DNA from: Candidatus Obscuribacterales bacterium | GTDB taxonomy: Bacteria; Cyanobacteriota; Vampirovibrionia; Obscuribacterales; Obscuribacteraceae | Assembly (NCBI GenBank): GCA_965228855.1 | Contig: CBDDIJ010000005.1 | Location: forward strand, 1,120,001 to 1,184,000 | DNA length: 64,000 nt | Direction of reading: 5' to 3' | Shown here: positions 29,605 through 39,957 of the stretch, in pieces | Layout of the letters: each line of letters starts with the position of its first letter | Position numbering within the stretch: position 1 is the first letter of the stretch | Notes under the pieces: generated by a model | Told to the model about the DNA's origin: nothing | Seen by the model: only the letters and a program-made list of their open reading frames with translations | Databases searched by the model: none | Translations under genes and position numbers: made by a program

Positions 29605-31968
29605 ATGTTAACGGCAGAATTACAGAAATCCATTACTAGAGCCGCGGAAGATGCCCTTGCACGCAGACATGAATATCTGACGCTCGAACATCTTCTATAC
29701 GCGTTGACTGAAGAGAAAACAGGAGCCGAAGTTCTTTTCAATTGCGGCTGCGACCTGAAGTTGCTGCGACAAGAACTTGAACAGTTTCTGTCAGACGCTT
29801 TCGAAAGCGTACCGGAAGATATAGAGTACACTTTGTCGCAGACCGCGGCGTACGAACGCGTTTTGCGCAGAGCGATTATGCAAGCGCATGCTTCAAGTCA
29901 AACCACGATTGACAGCGGCAACGTTATTGCAGCGATGTTTGAAGAACGCCGCAGTCATGCAGTCTATCTAATGGAGAAACAAGGCGTTGAGCGCCTCGAT
30001 GTTTTAAACTTCATATCGCACGGCATCAGCAAGCTACAGTCACCAGGCGATGGTGACGCCCCGGCGGGATTCGACAGCGGCGAAGGAGGCGACGGCAAAG
30101 CTCTAAAAGATCCACTCGCGTCATTCTGCGTGGACCTGATCAAAAAAGCCAAAGATGGAAAGATTGATCCGCTGATCGGCCGGGACAAAGAGATAAAACG
30201 CACCATCCAAGTTCTCTGTCGCAGACGAAAGAACAACCCTGTGTACGTCGGCGAGCCTGGCGTCGGGAAAACGGCTATAGCTGAAGGTTTAGCCCTGAAG
30301 ATAAACGCTGGCGATGTTCCTAAACCGCTTCAGGGGGTCGAGATGTTCGCTCTCGACATGGGCGCTCTGATTGCCGGCACCAAGTTCCGAGGTCAGTTCG
30401 AAGAACGCCTGAAAGCTGTAATCAAAGCCTTGAAGGAAAAGCCGGGCGTGATTATGGTAATCGACGAAATTCACACCATAGTCGGAGCAGGTGCCACTAC
30501 AGGCAGTGTCATGGACGCGTCTAACCTTTTGAAACCGGCCCTCTCCAGCGGAGAGCTGCGCTGCATCGGCTCGACAACCTATCCGGAGTATAAGAAATCA
30601 TTCGAAGCTGATAAGGCTTTAGCCCGCCGTTTCGAAAAAATAGAGGTAGCAGAACCATCCATTCCCGATACGGTAAAAATTCTTCGAGGTCTCAAGTCGC
30701 ACTACGAAGATCATCACGGCGTCAGCTACCCGGACGACGTAATCGAATTGACCGCGAATTTGGCAGCTAAGCATATCAACGACAAATTCCTTCCGGATAA
30801 AGCCATCGACGTCATGGACGAGGTCGGCGCACTGGTTAAATTGATGCCGGAAGATATCCGTCCCTCTCGCGTAATCACCACCGATGATATCGAAGAAGTG
30901 GTGGCAAGTATTGCGAAGATTCCAACCAAATCAGTCTCCGGCTCGGACAAAGAGCGCCTCAAAGGTATGGAGATCGAGTTGAAAGCGCTAATTTACGGTC
31001 AAGACCACGCAATCATGCAAGTGGTCAAGGCAATCAAACTTTCGCGCTCCGGATTATCAAACCCGTTAAAACCCGTTGGTTGCTACCTCTTCTCCGGACC
31101 AACCGGAGTGGGAAAAACTGAATTAGCAAAGCAACTTGCCAACACGCTTGGAGTGAAATTCATCCGGTTCGACATGTCGGAGTACATGGAAAAGCATACG
31201 GTTTCCCGCTTGATTGGCGCACCTCCGGGCTATGTGGGTTTCGACCAGGGCGGACTGCTCACCGATGCAGTGAATAAAACGCCGCACTGTGTCCTGCTTC
31301 TCGATGAGATTGAAAAGGCACATCCGGACTTGTTCAACATCCTGCTTCAAGTCATGGATCACGCGTCATTGACAGATAACAACGGCAAAAAGGCTGATTT
31401 TAGAAATGTGATTTTGATCATGACCACCAACGCCGGTGCTCGTGAACTGTCCGCAGCCGATATCGGTTTCCAGGTAAAAGAGGCACCGATCGATCCTCTG
31501 GCGCCCAAGAAAAATATGACGCCCGGCGCGAGCAAAGCAAAAGCCGCAGTTGAGAAAGCTTTCAGTCCTGAATTCCGAAATCGGCTCGACGCCTGGATTG
31601 AGTTCAATCAGTTGAACCAGGAGAACATAAAGAGCGTCGTCGACAAATTTATGGACGAAGTCAAAATTCTTCTTGTCGACAAAGACGTCGACATCTCTCT
31701 CACCGAAGCAGCTCGTGACTGGCTGGCAGTGAAGGGCTTCGACAAAGCGTACGGCGCCCGCCCAATGGGCCGTGTGATTCAACAGAAGGTCAAAGAACCG
31801 TTGTCGGAAGAGATTCTCTTTGGAGAATTGGAACACGGAGGCAGCGCAATTGTCGACATCGAAAACGACGACATAAAGCTAACGTGCAAAGGCAAGCCGC
31901 CCAAGCCGGAAACGAAAAAAGATGACACTAAAAAAGAAGAGACGAAGACAGAAGACGGAGTTCACTAA
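29605..31968 (+). CDS. clpA: ATP-dependent Clp protease ATP-binding subunit ClpA
   Basis: [11 protein letters not shown]-domain, two Walker A motifs ([16 protein letters not shown]), IGF loop, no M-domain, follows clpS. Confidence 0.96.
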   Translation: MLTAELQKSITRAAEDALARRHEYLTLEHLLYALTEEKTGAEVLFNCGCDLKLLRQELEQFLSDAFESVPEDIEYTLSQTAAYERVLRRAIMQAHASSQTTIDSGNVIAAMFEERRSHAVYLMEKQGVERLDVLNFISHGISKLQSPGDGDAPAGFDSGEGGDGKALKDPLASFCVDLIKKAKDGKIDPLIGRDKEIKRTIQVLCRRRKNNPVYVGEPGVGKTAIAEGLALKINAGDVPKPLQGVEMFALDMGALIAGTKFRGQFEERLKAVIKALKEKPGVIMVIDEIHTIVGAGATTGSVMDASNLLKPALSSGELRCIGSTTYPEYKKSFEADKALARRFEKIEVAEPSIPDTVKILRGLKSHYEDHHGVSYPDDVIELTANLAAKHINDKFLPDKAIDVMDEVGALVKLMPEDIRPSRVITTDDIEEVVASIAKIPTKSVSGSDKERLKGMEIELKALIYGQDHAIMQVVKAIKLSRSGLSNPLKPVGCYLFSGPTGVGKTELAKQLANTLGVKFIRFDMSEYMEKHTVSRLIGAPPGYVGFDQGGLLTDAVNKTPHCVLLLDEIEKAHPDLFNILLQVMDHASLTDNNGKKADFRNVILIMTTNAGARELSAADIGFQVKEAPIDPLAPKKNMTPGASKAKAAVEKAFSPEFRNRLDAWIEFNQLNQENIKSVVDKFMDEVKILLVDKDVDISLTEAARDWLAVKGFDKAYGARPMGRVIQQKVKEPLSEEILFGELEHGGSAIVDIENDDIKLTCKGKPPKPETKKDDTKKEETKTEDGVH

Positions 31969-32027
31969 AGTCTAGCGTCACAGTTGAGGATGGGGCCAAA
32001 CCAGCGCTTTAGGGCTTTGGAGAAAAC

Positions 32028-33401
32028 TTAGTCTTCCCGGACGGACCCGTCGAGTTCATCCTGATTCGCTTGCTCTTCTAAACCAGGCGGCGATTTCTCA
32101 ATGGATAGCGGAGGAAAACCGTCCACGTTAACGAGAGATGTTATGAGTTGAACCGGCTTCTCCTGTGTAACTCGATAGCGTAAGTAAATCATCCGAGCCA
32201 GTTCGCGTTCACAATAAGCAGTCTCGTAACGCTCAGCAAGTTTTCTTTGCTTCTCGGCTTCAACGACGTCGCCTTCAACCTCCAGCATCTCTGCGTAATC
32301 GCGTAGAGCGTGAGCCAATGACCAGTAGCTCGGGTTATCGTTCGACTTGAACAGGTCAATGGCTGTCCGAATATGGAGATGAGCCTCATCTATTCGTTGC
32401 TGTGCATGCCGAACCTCTGCAAGAGCAAGGTAACAGGCGGCTATGAATTCATTCGACTCATTCATACTGCGAGCTGCCGGAATCATCTCCTCAAGCCGTT
32501 CGTCAACGGTTTCGAATTTTTTGTTCTGCACGTCAATCAAAGCACGAATCAGTTTCACGCGAATCGAAAGAAGTTTATCTACTTTCCGCATCAATGCTTC
32601 GTTTGCATCCAGAATCTTGGTCGCGTCATCCGGTCGATTCATTTTCACGTAACAGAGCGCCAGGTTAACAATGGCAAAACGCTTCAAGCCTGCACTCTTC
32701 TTGCCGTACACCAGCGTTTTAAGAACTCGTTCTGCCTCTTCGTATCGCTCCTGGCCGATATAGGTGCACGCAAGATCGTTGGCAACCCGCTCGTTAGAAG
32801 GAACGGAACCTAGATCAACATCCTTTTCAATCGACCCTCTGCATATAAGAAGCAGCGCCTCCATCTCCATATAGCGCCCCTGGAGCAAAAGTAATCGTGC
32901 CTGAATTCCCGCAAGTGTCATATATGGAATTATGGAGAGTGGCGAACAGAGTTGGTTCCACCATAATGCTTTATCCATCCGCTTCGACACGATCCGATAT
33001 CGACGGTTATTGAAAGCGTCAGCTACTTGGGTCGCCAACATGCTGCCATATATGGTGGCAACTCCGGCTGCAACGAGGAACCAGGGCCAGATGTTGAAAC
33101 TGAAGAACGCTGGAATAAAACCAAGTATCAGAGCGCCGATCAAAAAAGCGGCGACATGTTGGTTTCGATTCAACTTCGCATGTTTTTTACCGTAGGCGAC
33201 TAGCTCATTCGCCATCGAGTCATTGATGAACTCGAGCTTCATTCCTGGCTTCGGAACGAAGCGATCACCTATGTATTCATCGATATGAACTTCGCCTTGC
33301 GCAAATACCTCGTCCCAATCTTTTGCATCGGTCAGGACAATCTCATTTGCTTCGATATCCGGTGCCCCCGCGCTGGCATCCCGTTCTTCCGGCTCCATCA
33401 A
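32028..33401 (-). CDS. Membrane protein with C-terminal TPRs
   Basis: Two TM segments followed by TPR-like helices. Confidence 0.75.
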   Translation of the reverse strand: MMEPEERDASAGAPDIEANEIVLTDAKDWDEVFAQGEVHIDEYIGDRFVPKPGMKLEFINDSMANELVAYGKKHAKLNRNQHVAAFLIGALILGFIPAFFSFNIWPWFLVAAGVATIYGSMLATQVADAFNNRRYRIVSKRMDKALWWNQLCSPLSIIPYMTLAGIQARLLLLQGRYMEMEALLLICRGSIEKDVDLGSVPSNERVANDLACTYIGQERYEEAERVLKTLVYGKKSAGLKRFAIVNLALCYVKMNRPDDATKILDANEALMRKVDKLLSIRVKLIRALIDVQNKKFETVDERLEEMIPAARSMNESNEFIAACYLALAEVRHAQQRIDEAHLHIRTAIDLFKSNDNPSYWSLAHALRDYAEMLEVEGDVVEAEKQRKLAERYETAYCERELARMIYLRYRVTQEKPVQLITSLVNVDGFPPLSIEKSPPGLEEQANQDELDGSVRED

Positions 33402-33433
33402 TTACGCGTCCTCGCATTGAAGGAACAATCGGA

Positions 33434-34420
33434 CTACCAACGGAGCAACATCGCTCCGGCACTGAATCCGGCACCAACAGTGGACATTAACACAAGATCG
33501 CCCTTCTTGAGCTGCCCTCGCTGTATAGCACTTTCAATCGCAAGCGGCAGAGTTCCGGCAGTTGTATTTCCAAACTGGTCGATGTTCACGACCACTCTGT
33601 CCATCGGCATTTTCAAACGCTCGACAGCAGAGGTGATGATTCGCAAATTCGCCTGGTGAGGGATAAAAACGTCGACATCATCACCGGTAAGGCCGTTGCG
33701 CTCAAGCAGTTTCACGCAAAGTTCAGGCATCTTGCGAGTGGCATATTTAAACACCACTTTGCCTTCTTGATGCACGAAGTGCTTGCGCTGATCGACTGTT
33801 TCATGCGATGCCGGTAGTTTGCTTCCGCCGGCAGGCAGGCAGAGATAATCGCCGCCGGAGCCGTCAACTTCGTGAATGAAATCGATGAAGCCTACTTCGT
33901 CATCCGACTCTGTCGCAGTCAGCAAAGCCGCACCACCGCCGTCACCGAAGATAATACATGTTTGCCTGTCCGTATAATCGATGATTGACGACATCACGTC
34001 CACACCGATGACCACTACGTTCTTGTGCGCACCACTCTGGATGAATTGTCCACCGACTTGCATCGCGTAGAGAAAGCCGGAGCAGGCAATCGACATATCG
34101 AAGCCCCAGGCTTTTTTGGAACCAATTTTGTCTTGCACCAGGCACGCGGTTGCGGGGAGATACATATCGGGCGTGATTGTCGCAACGATTATCAAATCTA
34201 CGTCCGCAGGCGAAACTCCACCTGCTTCTAAAGCTTTCAGCGCCGCCTCAGCGGATAAATCGGATGTCGTAACGCCGGGGGCTGCGATGTGTCGCTGATG
34301 TATACCGGTTCTTTCGACTATCCAATCATTGGTGGTGTCGACCATCTTTTCCAGGTCGAAGTTACTCAATACTTTGGGTGGTACTGCCGTACCGATCGAC
34401 TTAACCTTGGCTTTTGCCAC
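33434..34420 (-). CDS. fabH: 3-oxoacyl-ACP synthase III
   Basis: WIVERTGI, ACSGF, FGDG, PHQANLRI, GNT. Confidence 0.95.
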   Translation of the reverse strand: MAKAKVKSIGTAVPPKVLSNFDLEKMVDTTNDWIVERTGIHQRHIAAPGVTTSDLSAEAALKALEAGGVSPADVDLIIVATITPDMYLPATACLVQDKIGSKKAWGFDMSIACSGFLYAMQVGGQFIQSGAHKNVVVIGVDVMSSIIDYTDRQTCIIFGDGGGAALLTATESDDEVGFIDFIHEVDGSGGDYLCLPAGGSKLPASHETVDQRKHFVHQEGKVVFKYATRKMPELCVKLLERNGLTGDDVDVFIPHQANLRIITSAVERLKMPMDRVVVNIDQFGNTTAGTLPLAIESAIQRGQLKKGDLVLMSTVGAGFSAGAMLLRW

Positions 34421-34596
34421 TTTTCTAATCTCGCACAGGGATTTCCAAGAAGATGATTTCCCAGCAGGATGCGCATTCGCCCCGCTTCGGCTATCTGTCG
34501 TGCCCGAAAGAGTTTCGCGCCCCAGATAGCAGCAATTGAAGTAACAATAATAAAGACAATCAGGGTCACTTTCATTAAGTATTTCGCGAATGACAT
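34366..34596 (-). CDS. Possible small single-TM protein
   Basis: Hydrophobic N-terminal helix, but it overlaps the fabH start by 55 bp. Confidence 0.3.
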   Translation of the reverse strand: MSFAKYLMKVTLIVFIIVTSIAAIWGAKLFRARQIAEAGRMRILLGNHLLGNPCARLEKWQKPRLSRSVRQYHPKY

Positions 34597-34648
34597 ATCG
34601 TATTGAGTGGGATCTTTCTAAGACAAGCGGGCAACATAACTTAAACTC

Positions 34649-35722
34649 ATGATCACAATTGTAGGAGCCACGGGCTTTACCGGAACCTTAATCGCAAAAC
34701 AGCTGGAGCAAGACGAGGTTTCCATGCGCCTGGTCGCCAGAAACGCCAGGAAACTTGAAACGCTGAAAACGAGCTTGAAGCGCGAGTGCGAAACAGCCAT
34801 CGCCGATGTCGCAGATTTAAACCAGTTGAAAACTGCGATAGAAGGCAGCAAGGTCGTTATTAATGCCGCTGGACCGTTTACAACCCTCGGACTGAAAGTC
34901 GCAGAGGAGTGCATCAAGGCGGGCGTCCACTATCTGGATATCACCGGCGAACAACAGTTTATCCGCGAAGTGATAGAGCGATTCAGCGCATCAGCGGCGA
35001 AAAATAAAGTCACAGTGATTCCGTCGTGCGCATTCGAATATGCCCTGGCGGACGAGGCCGCCAGATTTCTTGAAAAAGAGATGGGCGGACTTGAGAGCTT
35101 CGAATCGACGTATGTGATTAACGGAATGTTCACCAGCCGCGGTACCAAACGCAGTGTATTGTGCGCACTGGAATCAGAATCCCATCAGTTACGAAACGGC
35201 AAAACGCAGAGCATTTCCGCTGGAGCGGTCGCGGCATTTCAACACCCGGATGGTAAGACTTATCAGCGTTTCCCGTTTCCAGCCGGAGAAGTCTACCTTA
35301 TTCCGTTGCACTCACAGGTGAGAAACATCTCCACTTTTCTAACTTCGGAAGCACCGCCAGCGGTGCTTCAACTCCTGTCCACAACCATGCCGGTTGCAGC
35401 ACGAAGCCCATTTTTCAAAAATATTTTGAACTTTATCATAGATCTCGGACCAGAAACTCCACAGAATACAAATGAAACTACCTTTTCCGTGTACTGCGAA
35501 GGAGACTTCAAACGAAAACGAATGGGGCTGAACATTGCCGGTCGCGATCCCTATTCACTGACCGCAGTTATCGCCGCCAGGATCGCTCAAAAGTTGGGAG
35601 ATACTGCTGTAAGAAGAGGCGTGATTAGCCCGTCTATGGTAGACAAATCAAACGGCATAATGGCGATTACCCAGGCAGAATCAACAGTCTGGCAATCTGT
35701 CGAGATTAAAACGGTGGTTTGA
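34649..35722 (+). CDS. Saccharopine-dehydrogenase-like oxidoreductase
   Basis: GATGFTG, VINAAGPF, HYLDITGE. Confidence 0.9.
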   Translation: MITIVGATGFTGTLIAKQLEQDEVSMRLVARNARKLETLKTSLKRECETAIADVADLNQLKTAIEGSKVVINAAGPFTTLGLKVAEECIKAGVHYLDITGEQQFIREVIERFSASAAKNKVTVIPSCAFEYALADEAARFLEKEMGGLESFESTYVINGMFTSRGTKRSVLCALESESHQLRNGKTQSISAGAVAAFQHPDGKTYQRFPFPAGEVYLIPLHSQVRNISTFLTSEAPPAVLQLLSTTMPVAARSPFFKNILNFIIDLGPETPQNTNETTFSVYCEGDFKRKRMGLNIAGRDPYSLTAVIAARIAQKLGDTAVRRGVISPSMVDKSNGIMAITQAESTVWQSVEIKTVV

Positions 35723-35759
35723 ATTGGCATGCGTGAAAAGGCTCCCGGCATGCATTCGG

Positions 35760-36251
35760 TTACGGCAACACTAAATTAACATCAAGTATCGGATACGTGT
35801 ATCTCCTGCGAAAGGTCCAAACATTTGCCACTCCAGCAGTATTCTTTCCGAATCTTTGATCGAAGAAAACAACCGGCGCCGGAACTTTGACAGTCACCTC
35901 AGTGCAAACCGATACGGTCGGATTGCCCGCATAAGGATCGCCATTGAAATCGTTGTAAACCAGTGCATTGGATTGTGTTGAAAGCTTCGGAGAGGTGACG
36001 AGGAAACCGTCACCTTTGTGAACCGCCAGAGCGGCGTTGACGGCAGCGAACGCTTTTGCAGCTGACGATTGCTGCGCGGCCGAGCGTGTCGCGGCCCGGC
36101 AAGCACGATCGTTCAGCTGATAGCCGAGCATCATAATCGTAATATCAATTGCCACCATGAATAATACCATGATGAAAACCGAACCGCAGGCGAGTTCGAC
36201 ACAAGCGGTTCCCCCGACGGGTCTATGCTTCCGCTCTCTAAATCGAGTCAT
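35760..36251 (-). CDS. TadE-like pseudopilin
   Basis: GTACVELA, a TM helix, then ACRAATRSAA. Confidence 0.75.
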   Translation of the reverse strand: MTRFRERKHRPVGGTACVELACGSVFIMVLFMVAIDITIMMLGYQLNDRACRAATRSAAQQSSAAKAFAAVNAALAVHKGDGFLVTSPKLSTQSNALVYNDFNGDPYAGNPTVSVCTEVTVKVPAPVVFFDQRFGKNTAGVANVWTFRRRYTYPILDVNLVLP

Positions 36252-38052
36252 CGACAGTCACCATTTGAACTAGTTGCCTCGCGATGTTCTCGAAGGTCAA
36301 GCGCAGGTAATTAGCATTCGTGACGAGGAAGAACTTGCCCCGATTACCGGCGATGTATGAAACGCCGGGATTACTACTTCCGGGTGTGTAGGAGGAATGA
36401 GTGCCGTTCGGGTCCGTATAGGCAACGCTTTTTGCCGGGTCGTCATTCAAGATATTGCACTCCCCCGGAATGATTTGGCTGTTCTGAGCCAGTCCCACTG
36501 AGTAAATCGGAATAGACTTGTCCTTGGCTTCGTAAGCGATCGAACGCGCATACCAGGCACCATATGAGGTGCTCTGTGGAACTGTAGGCTGACCGTCAGT
36601 ACAGAGAACGATGGCACGCTTGGCACCTGGCCGCCCGTTCGCAATCAACATCTGTTTAGCCTTGGAGAGGGCATCTCCGATGTTCGTCGATCCATTTGCC
36701 ACCGTTTGGTCAATTGCGCTTAAACAACCACTGTAATTCGAATCTGTTTTACTCAACTGAACACCCGGACGGGGGAAGTTACCTGTTCCCCCTGAAGAAT
36801 AATTCGTGGCAACATTTCTCTCCGAGTCCGTTTCATTCGGTGCCGTGCCGGCATCGGTCGAAAAACAAGTCAGTCCAAAGTTGGCCTCGGTGTTCTTGTT
36901 CATGATAGTGAAGAAGTCTTTTGCAGCCTGCTGAGCGGTGCTCAGAGGCTGTACTTTCTTGCGAGCCTCCGTCAAATAATCGGCCTTGTAGCCGCTCCGC
37001 GTCATGACCGCTGCCAACGCCGGCACCGTGTCCAATTTAGCAGCCGAATACGTGGCGCCGTTTTCCAGATTGCCTCGAGCAGCCTCCACTACCGTTTCCA
37101 GGTTTGGATAGTAGTAACCTGCTGGACTTGTGTACGGGAGTTTTAGCGTGTGATCGGCGTTCTCACTGATATTCACAATCATATCTGTGAACGTATAACT
37201 GTTACCAAGTCCTGTGCCGGAGGGATAGTTACCGGGCGGAGCACCGGTATTGGTACCACGAAGTGTTGTCGAGAAGGATAGCGGGCGGGAATGTCCGGAG
37301 GCTGCATAATCCAGATTCTGGGGAGGCACGGCATTCACCGAGGAGCCCTCGGCAGGAGGCAGAAGGATGTCATAGATCGTGCCGGAAGCCAGCCCGCCTG
37401 TGGTCGGCGCGCCACTACGGGCGGTGGTAACAACATATTTGGTTCTCAGGCTGGTCAGGTCCCAGTAGCGCTTAACGAAAGTCACCGGCGTTTGATCGTC
37501 AATTGACCCTGATACGTCAAAACAGAGGACCACATCCAACTGAGGGACTCTTGCATTCGCTTCGGCGGTGATGGTGAAGGGTCCTTTGATGCCGAGGAAA
37601 GCGCCGAACACGGGCACCAGACCGAAGGCACCCACAGCATGGACAACGCGACCGTTTACATCACCGAAAGCTACCGGCTGATTGGGAGGGCTGCTGTTGG
37701 GATTCAGCAGCTCGATAAATAGCGAAGCCTTATTTCCCGCCGGATTATCAGCTTTGCTGGAAGCTTCATACGCTGTGCTGAGTGGAACTTCGTACACAGA
37801 GTTAGCCTTGAAAATTGCCAGAGCAGCAGATTTCAACTCCGCATGCGTAGCGACCGGATCGGTTGAATCAGAACCGGCCAGAACAGCTCCTCCAGTAAGC
37901 GCAGCGGCCTCACATGAGGCCTGCAATTGCTCTTGCATTGAAATCGCACGCACCACCTCGTAGGTGAATATCGCCACCATAGGCAATATCACTGTTCCGA
38001 GCAGGACACAGAGAAATAACACCGAAACTCCCTTCGAATTTCGCTTTCTCAT
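36238..38052 (-). CDS. TadG-like pilus protein with VWA domain
   Basis: RNSKG plus TM, LQASCEAAALTG, DVSGSID, TNIGDAL, TDGQP; TGATG coupling at 38052. Confidence 0.85.
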   Translation of the reverse strand: MRKRNSKGVSVLFLCVLLGTVILPMVAIFTYEVVRAISMQEQLQASCEAAALTGGAVLAGSDSTDPVATHAELKSAALAIFKANSVYEVPLSTAYEASSKADNPAGNKASLFIELLNPNSSPPNQPVAFGDVNGRVVHAVGAFGLVPVFGAFLGIKGPFTITAEANARVPQLDVVLCFDVSGSIDDQTPVTFVKRYWDLTSLRTKYVVTTARSGAPTTGGLASGTIYDILLPPAEGSSVNAVPPQNLDYAASGHSRPLSFSTTLRGTNTGAPPGNYPSGTGLGNSYTFTDMIVNISENADHTLKLPYTSPAGYYYPNLETVVEAARGNLENGATYSAAKLDTVPALAAVMTRSGYKADYLTEARKKVQPLSTAQQAAKDFFTIMNKNTEANFGLTCFSTDAGTAPNETDSERNVATNYSSGGTGNFPRPGVQLSKTDSNYSGCLSAIDQTVANGSTNIGDALSKAKQMLIANGRPGAKRAIVLCTDGQPTVPQSTSYGAWYARSIAYEAKDKSIPIYSVGLAQNSQIIPGECNILNDDPAKSVAYTDPNGTHSSYTPGSSNPGVSYIAGNRGKFFLVTNANYLRLTFENIARQLVQMVTVDDSI

Positions 38053-38630
38053 CAATCGTCCAACCCCTGTGGACTTTCGACAAACTCTCGCACGCTCACC
38101 GTGGAAGTCCACTTACGACTGAGACCGGCGACGTTCAAAAACGGAAGCTTTACTTCCGTGATCGGATAGATGTCGGCGGTCGCAGTCAACTCGATGAAGT
38201 ACAGGTAAGTGCCTGTGTCCGCCGGCTCTGAGAGTTTGCCTGCAAACTTCTTGATCGTTCCGTTTTGCAAGTCTACCGAGATTATGCTCACGTCGACATC
38301 TTTCACGGTGATGCCGGAGAATTTTTGAACGACGCTGTTTACTTTTGCTGGACCACAATCAATCGCGGCCGGCTTTTCTGCGGTTCCATTGCCGAATGTA
38401 TACGCCGATGCAGCAACAAATGCGCCCTGCCGGCAAGCTGTTAAAAACAACGCATGACGAAGAGCGGTGGTCCCTAAGTTAATCATGGGGAACGCGAAGA
38501 CCAGAAATAGAGCAAAGATTACCAGCGGAATCTCCGCAATACTTCCCCGCCGGCGACCATCTGCTGAGAAAGCGCAATTGGTCGGTCGATTGTAGGAACC
38601 GCTGTTAAAACGCTCTGCCATACGTGCCAC
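38052..38630 (-). CDS. TadE-like pseudopilin
   Basis: RRRGSIAEIP, a TM helix, then ACRQGAFVAA. Confidence 0.75.
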   Translation of the reverse strand: MARMAERFNSGSYNRPTNCAFSADGRRRGSIAEIPLVIFALFLVFAFPMINLGTTALRHALFLTACRQGAFVAASAYTFGNGTAEKPAAIDCGPAKVNSVVQKFSGITVKDVDVSIISVDLQNGTIKKFAGKLSEPADTGTYLYFIELTATADIYPITEVKLPFLNVAGLSRKWTSTVSVREFVESPQGLDD

Positions 38631-38781
38631 CCAGAAATCGGGACACTACCATTCTCGCCCCCAGGGATTAGATTCGTAATCGACCGAACGGCTTAAATAC
38701 CATCACCCATTTGGGTCGCTTTCTATACCTATCCCGGACGCGAGGGTAGTGGCCGTCACGACAATCAGCCACTCAACACCG

Positions 38782-39957
38782 CTATCCGCGTATGATCCGT
38801 CCCATGCACTCAGCCAGCCGCTCAGGGGTGCACACGAGAATGTCCATTCCGACCTTTCTCAATTTTTTCGCAGTGCTTCGATTGTACTCAGGTCTAGCAT
38901 CATAGCCGAGAGCTCCTAGACCGATCATTCGGATTCCGGAGTCAAACATAACGCGCGTTTGATCCACGAGGTCTCTTTCTGGTCTCCCCTCAAAAAAGTC
39001 ACTGATCGTGACCACAATGGTTTTACCAGGTTCTCGAACCAACTGCCGGCAATACTGGAGTGATTGAGTGATATCAGTACCACCTCCCAGGTTTATAGAG
39101 AGAAGGACATCGACAGGCTCTCCTAGCTGGTCGGAAAGATCGACTACTTGCGTATCGAAAAGAACAAGCGATGTCTTAATCGAAGGAAGCTCATAGAATA
39201 TCGAAGCCATGACTGCTGAGAAAATCGCCGAGTCCAGCATAGACCCTGATTGATCAACGTTGACTATCACGTGCCATGGCTTACGTTTACGCTCGGAAGC
39301 AAAAAAATACAAACGCTCAACTAACAATTTTCGACTCTCTTGATCGAAGTTTCTGAGATTTCTTTTCACGGTAGTCTTGAGATCGAGGTTTTTAAACACT
39401 CGACGCGGCGAATGGCGATCGCGACGGATGGCCCCATTAATAGCTTGCTCGACCTGAAGCTTCATTTTCTCTTTGAGTTGATCGACGACTTGCTTGATGA
39501 TTTTGCGCGCCACAATACGAGCTTTAGGATTCAGAAGGTCTTTATGAACCAGCAACGTCTTGACCAGATCAGTATTGGGCTCGACTTTCTCAAGCAACTC
39601 AGGTTTTTCCAAAAGTTCCGAAATTCCACGACGCTTAACAAGCTCCTTCTCCATAACTTCTTTGACGTTATTCGGAAAAAGTTCGGAAACCTGATCCACC
39701 CACTTCGGAACGGTCATGGTAGAGGCACCCGCGCCCCCCTGCCTGTCCTCCGGTGGCTTCACGCCGGCATCACCGACATCGCCCTGTTCGAACAAGAAAC
39801 CGACAAGGTCCTCAATACGCCCAAGGTCCCCATCACCGTTTCGCCCGCCGCCTTGATCGCTCAAACCCAATCCATGCCGCTCAGAATCCTTTCCGAGAAC
39901 CAATCGCCACCTCGATATGATGTCCAGATTTTCGTCAGGCGAAGATTTCTTGCTCAC
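38782..39957 (-). CDS. VWA/CoxE-like protein (YehP-like)
   Basis: RWRLVLG N-terminus, VDQSGSM, GGGTDI, ISDFFEG. Confidence 0.88.
   Translation of the reverse strand: MSKKSSPDENLDIISRWRLVLGKDSERHGLGLSDQGGGRNGDGDLGRIEDLVGFLFEQGDVGDAGVKPPEDRQGGAGASTMTVPKWVDQVSELFPNNVKEVMEKELVKRRGISELLEKPELLEKVEPNTDLVKTLLVHKDLLNPKARIVARKIIKQVVDQLKEKMKLQVEQAINGAIRRDRHSPRRVFKNLDLKTTVKRNLRNFDQESRKLLVERLYFFASERKRKPWHVIVNVDQSGSMLDSAIFSAVMASIFYELPSIKTSLVLFDTQVVDLSDQLGEPVDVLLSINLGGGTDITQSLQYCRQLVREPGKTIVVTISDFFEGRPERDLVDQTRVMFDSGIRMIGLGALGYDARPEYNRSTAKKLRKVGMDILVCTPERLAECMGRIIRG

Noticed and set aside
31455..31468. Palindrome near-copy inside clpA (another at 5201-5214 inside a CDS)
   Set aside because: One mismatch, and it encodes the constrained ADIGF loop, so it may be coincidental. 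Not listed as a feature.
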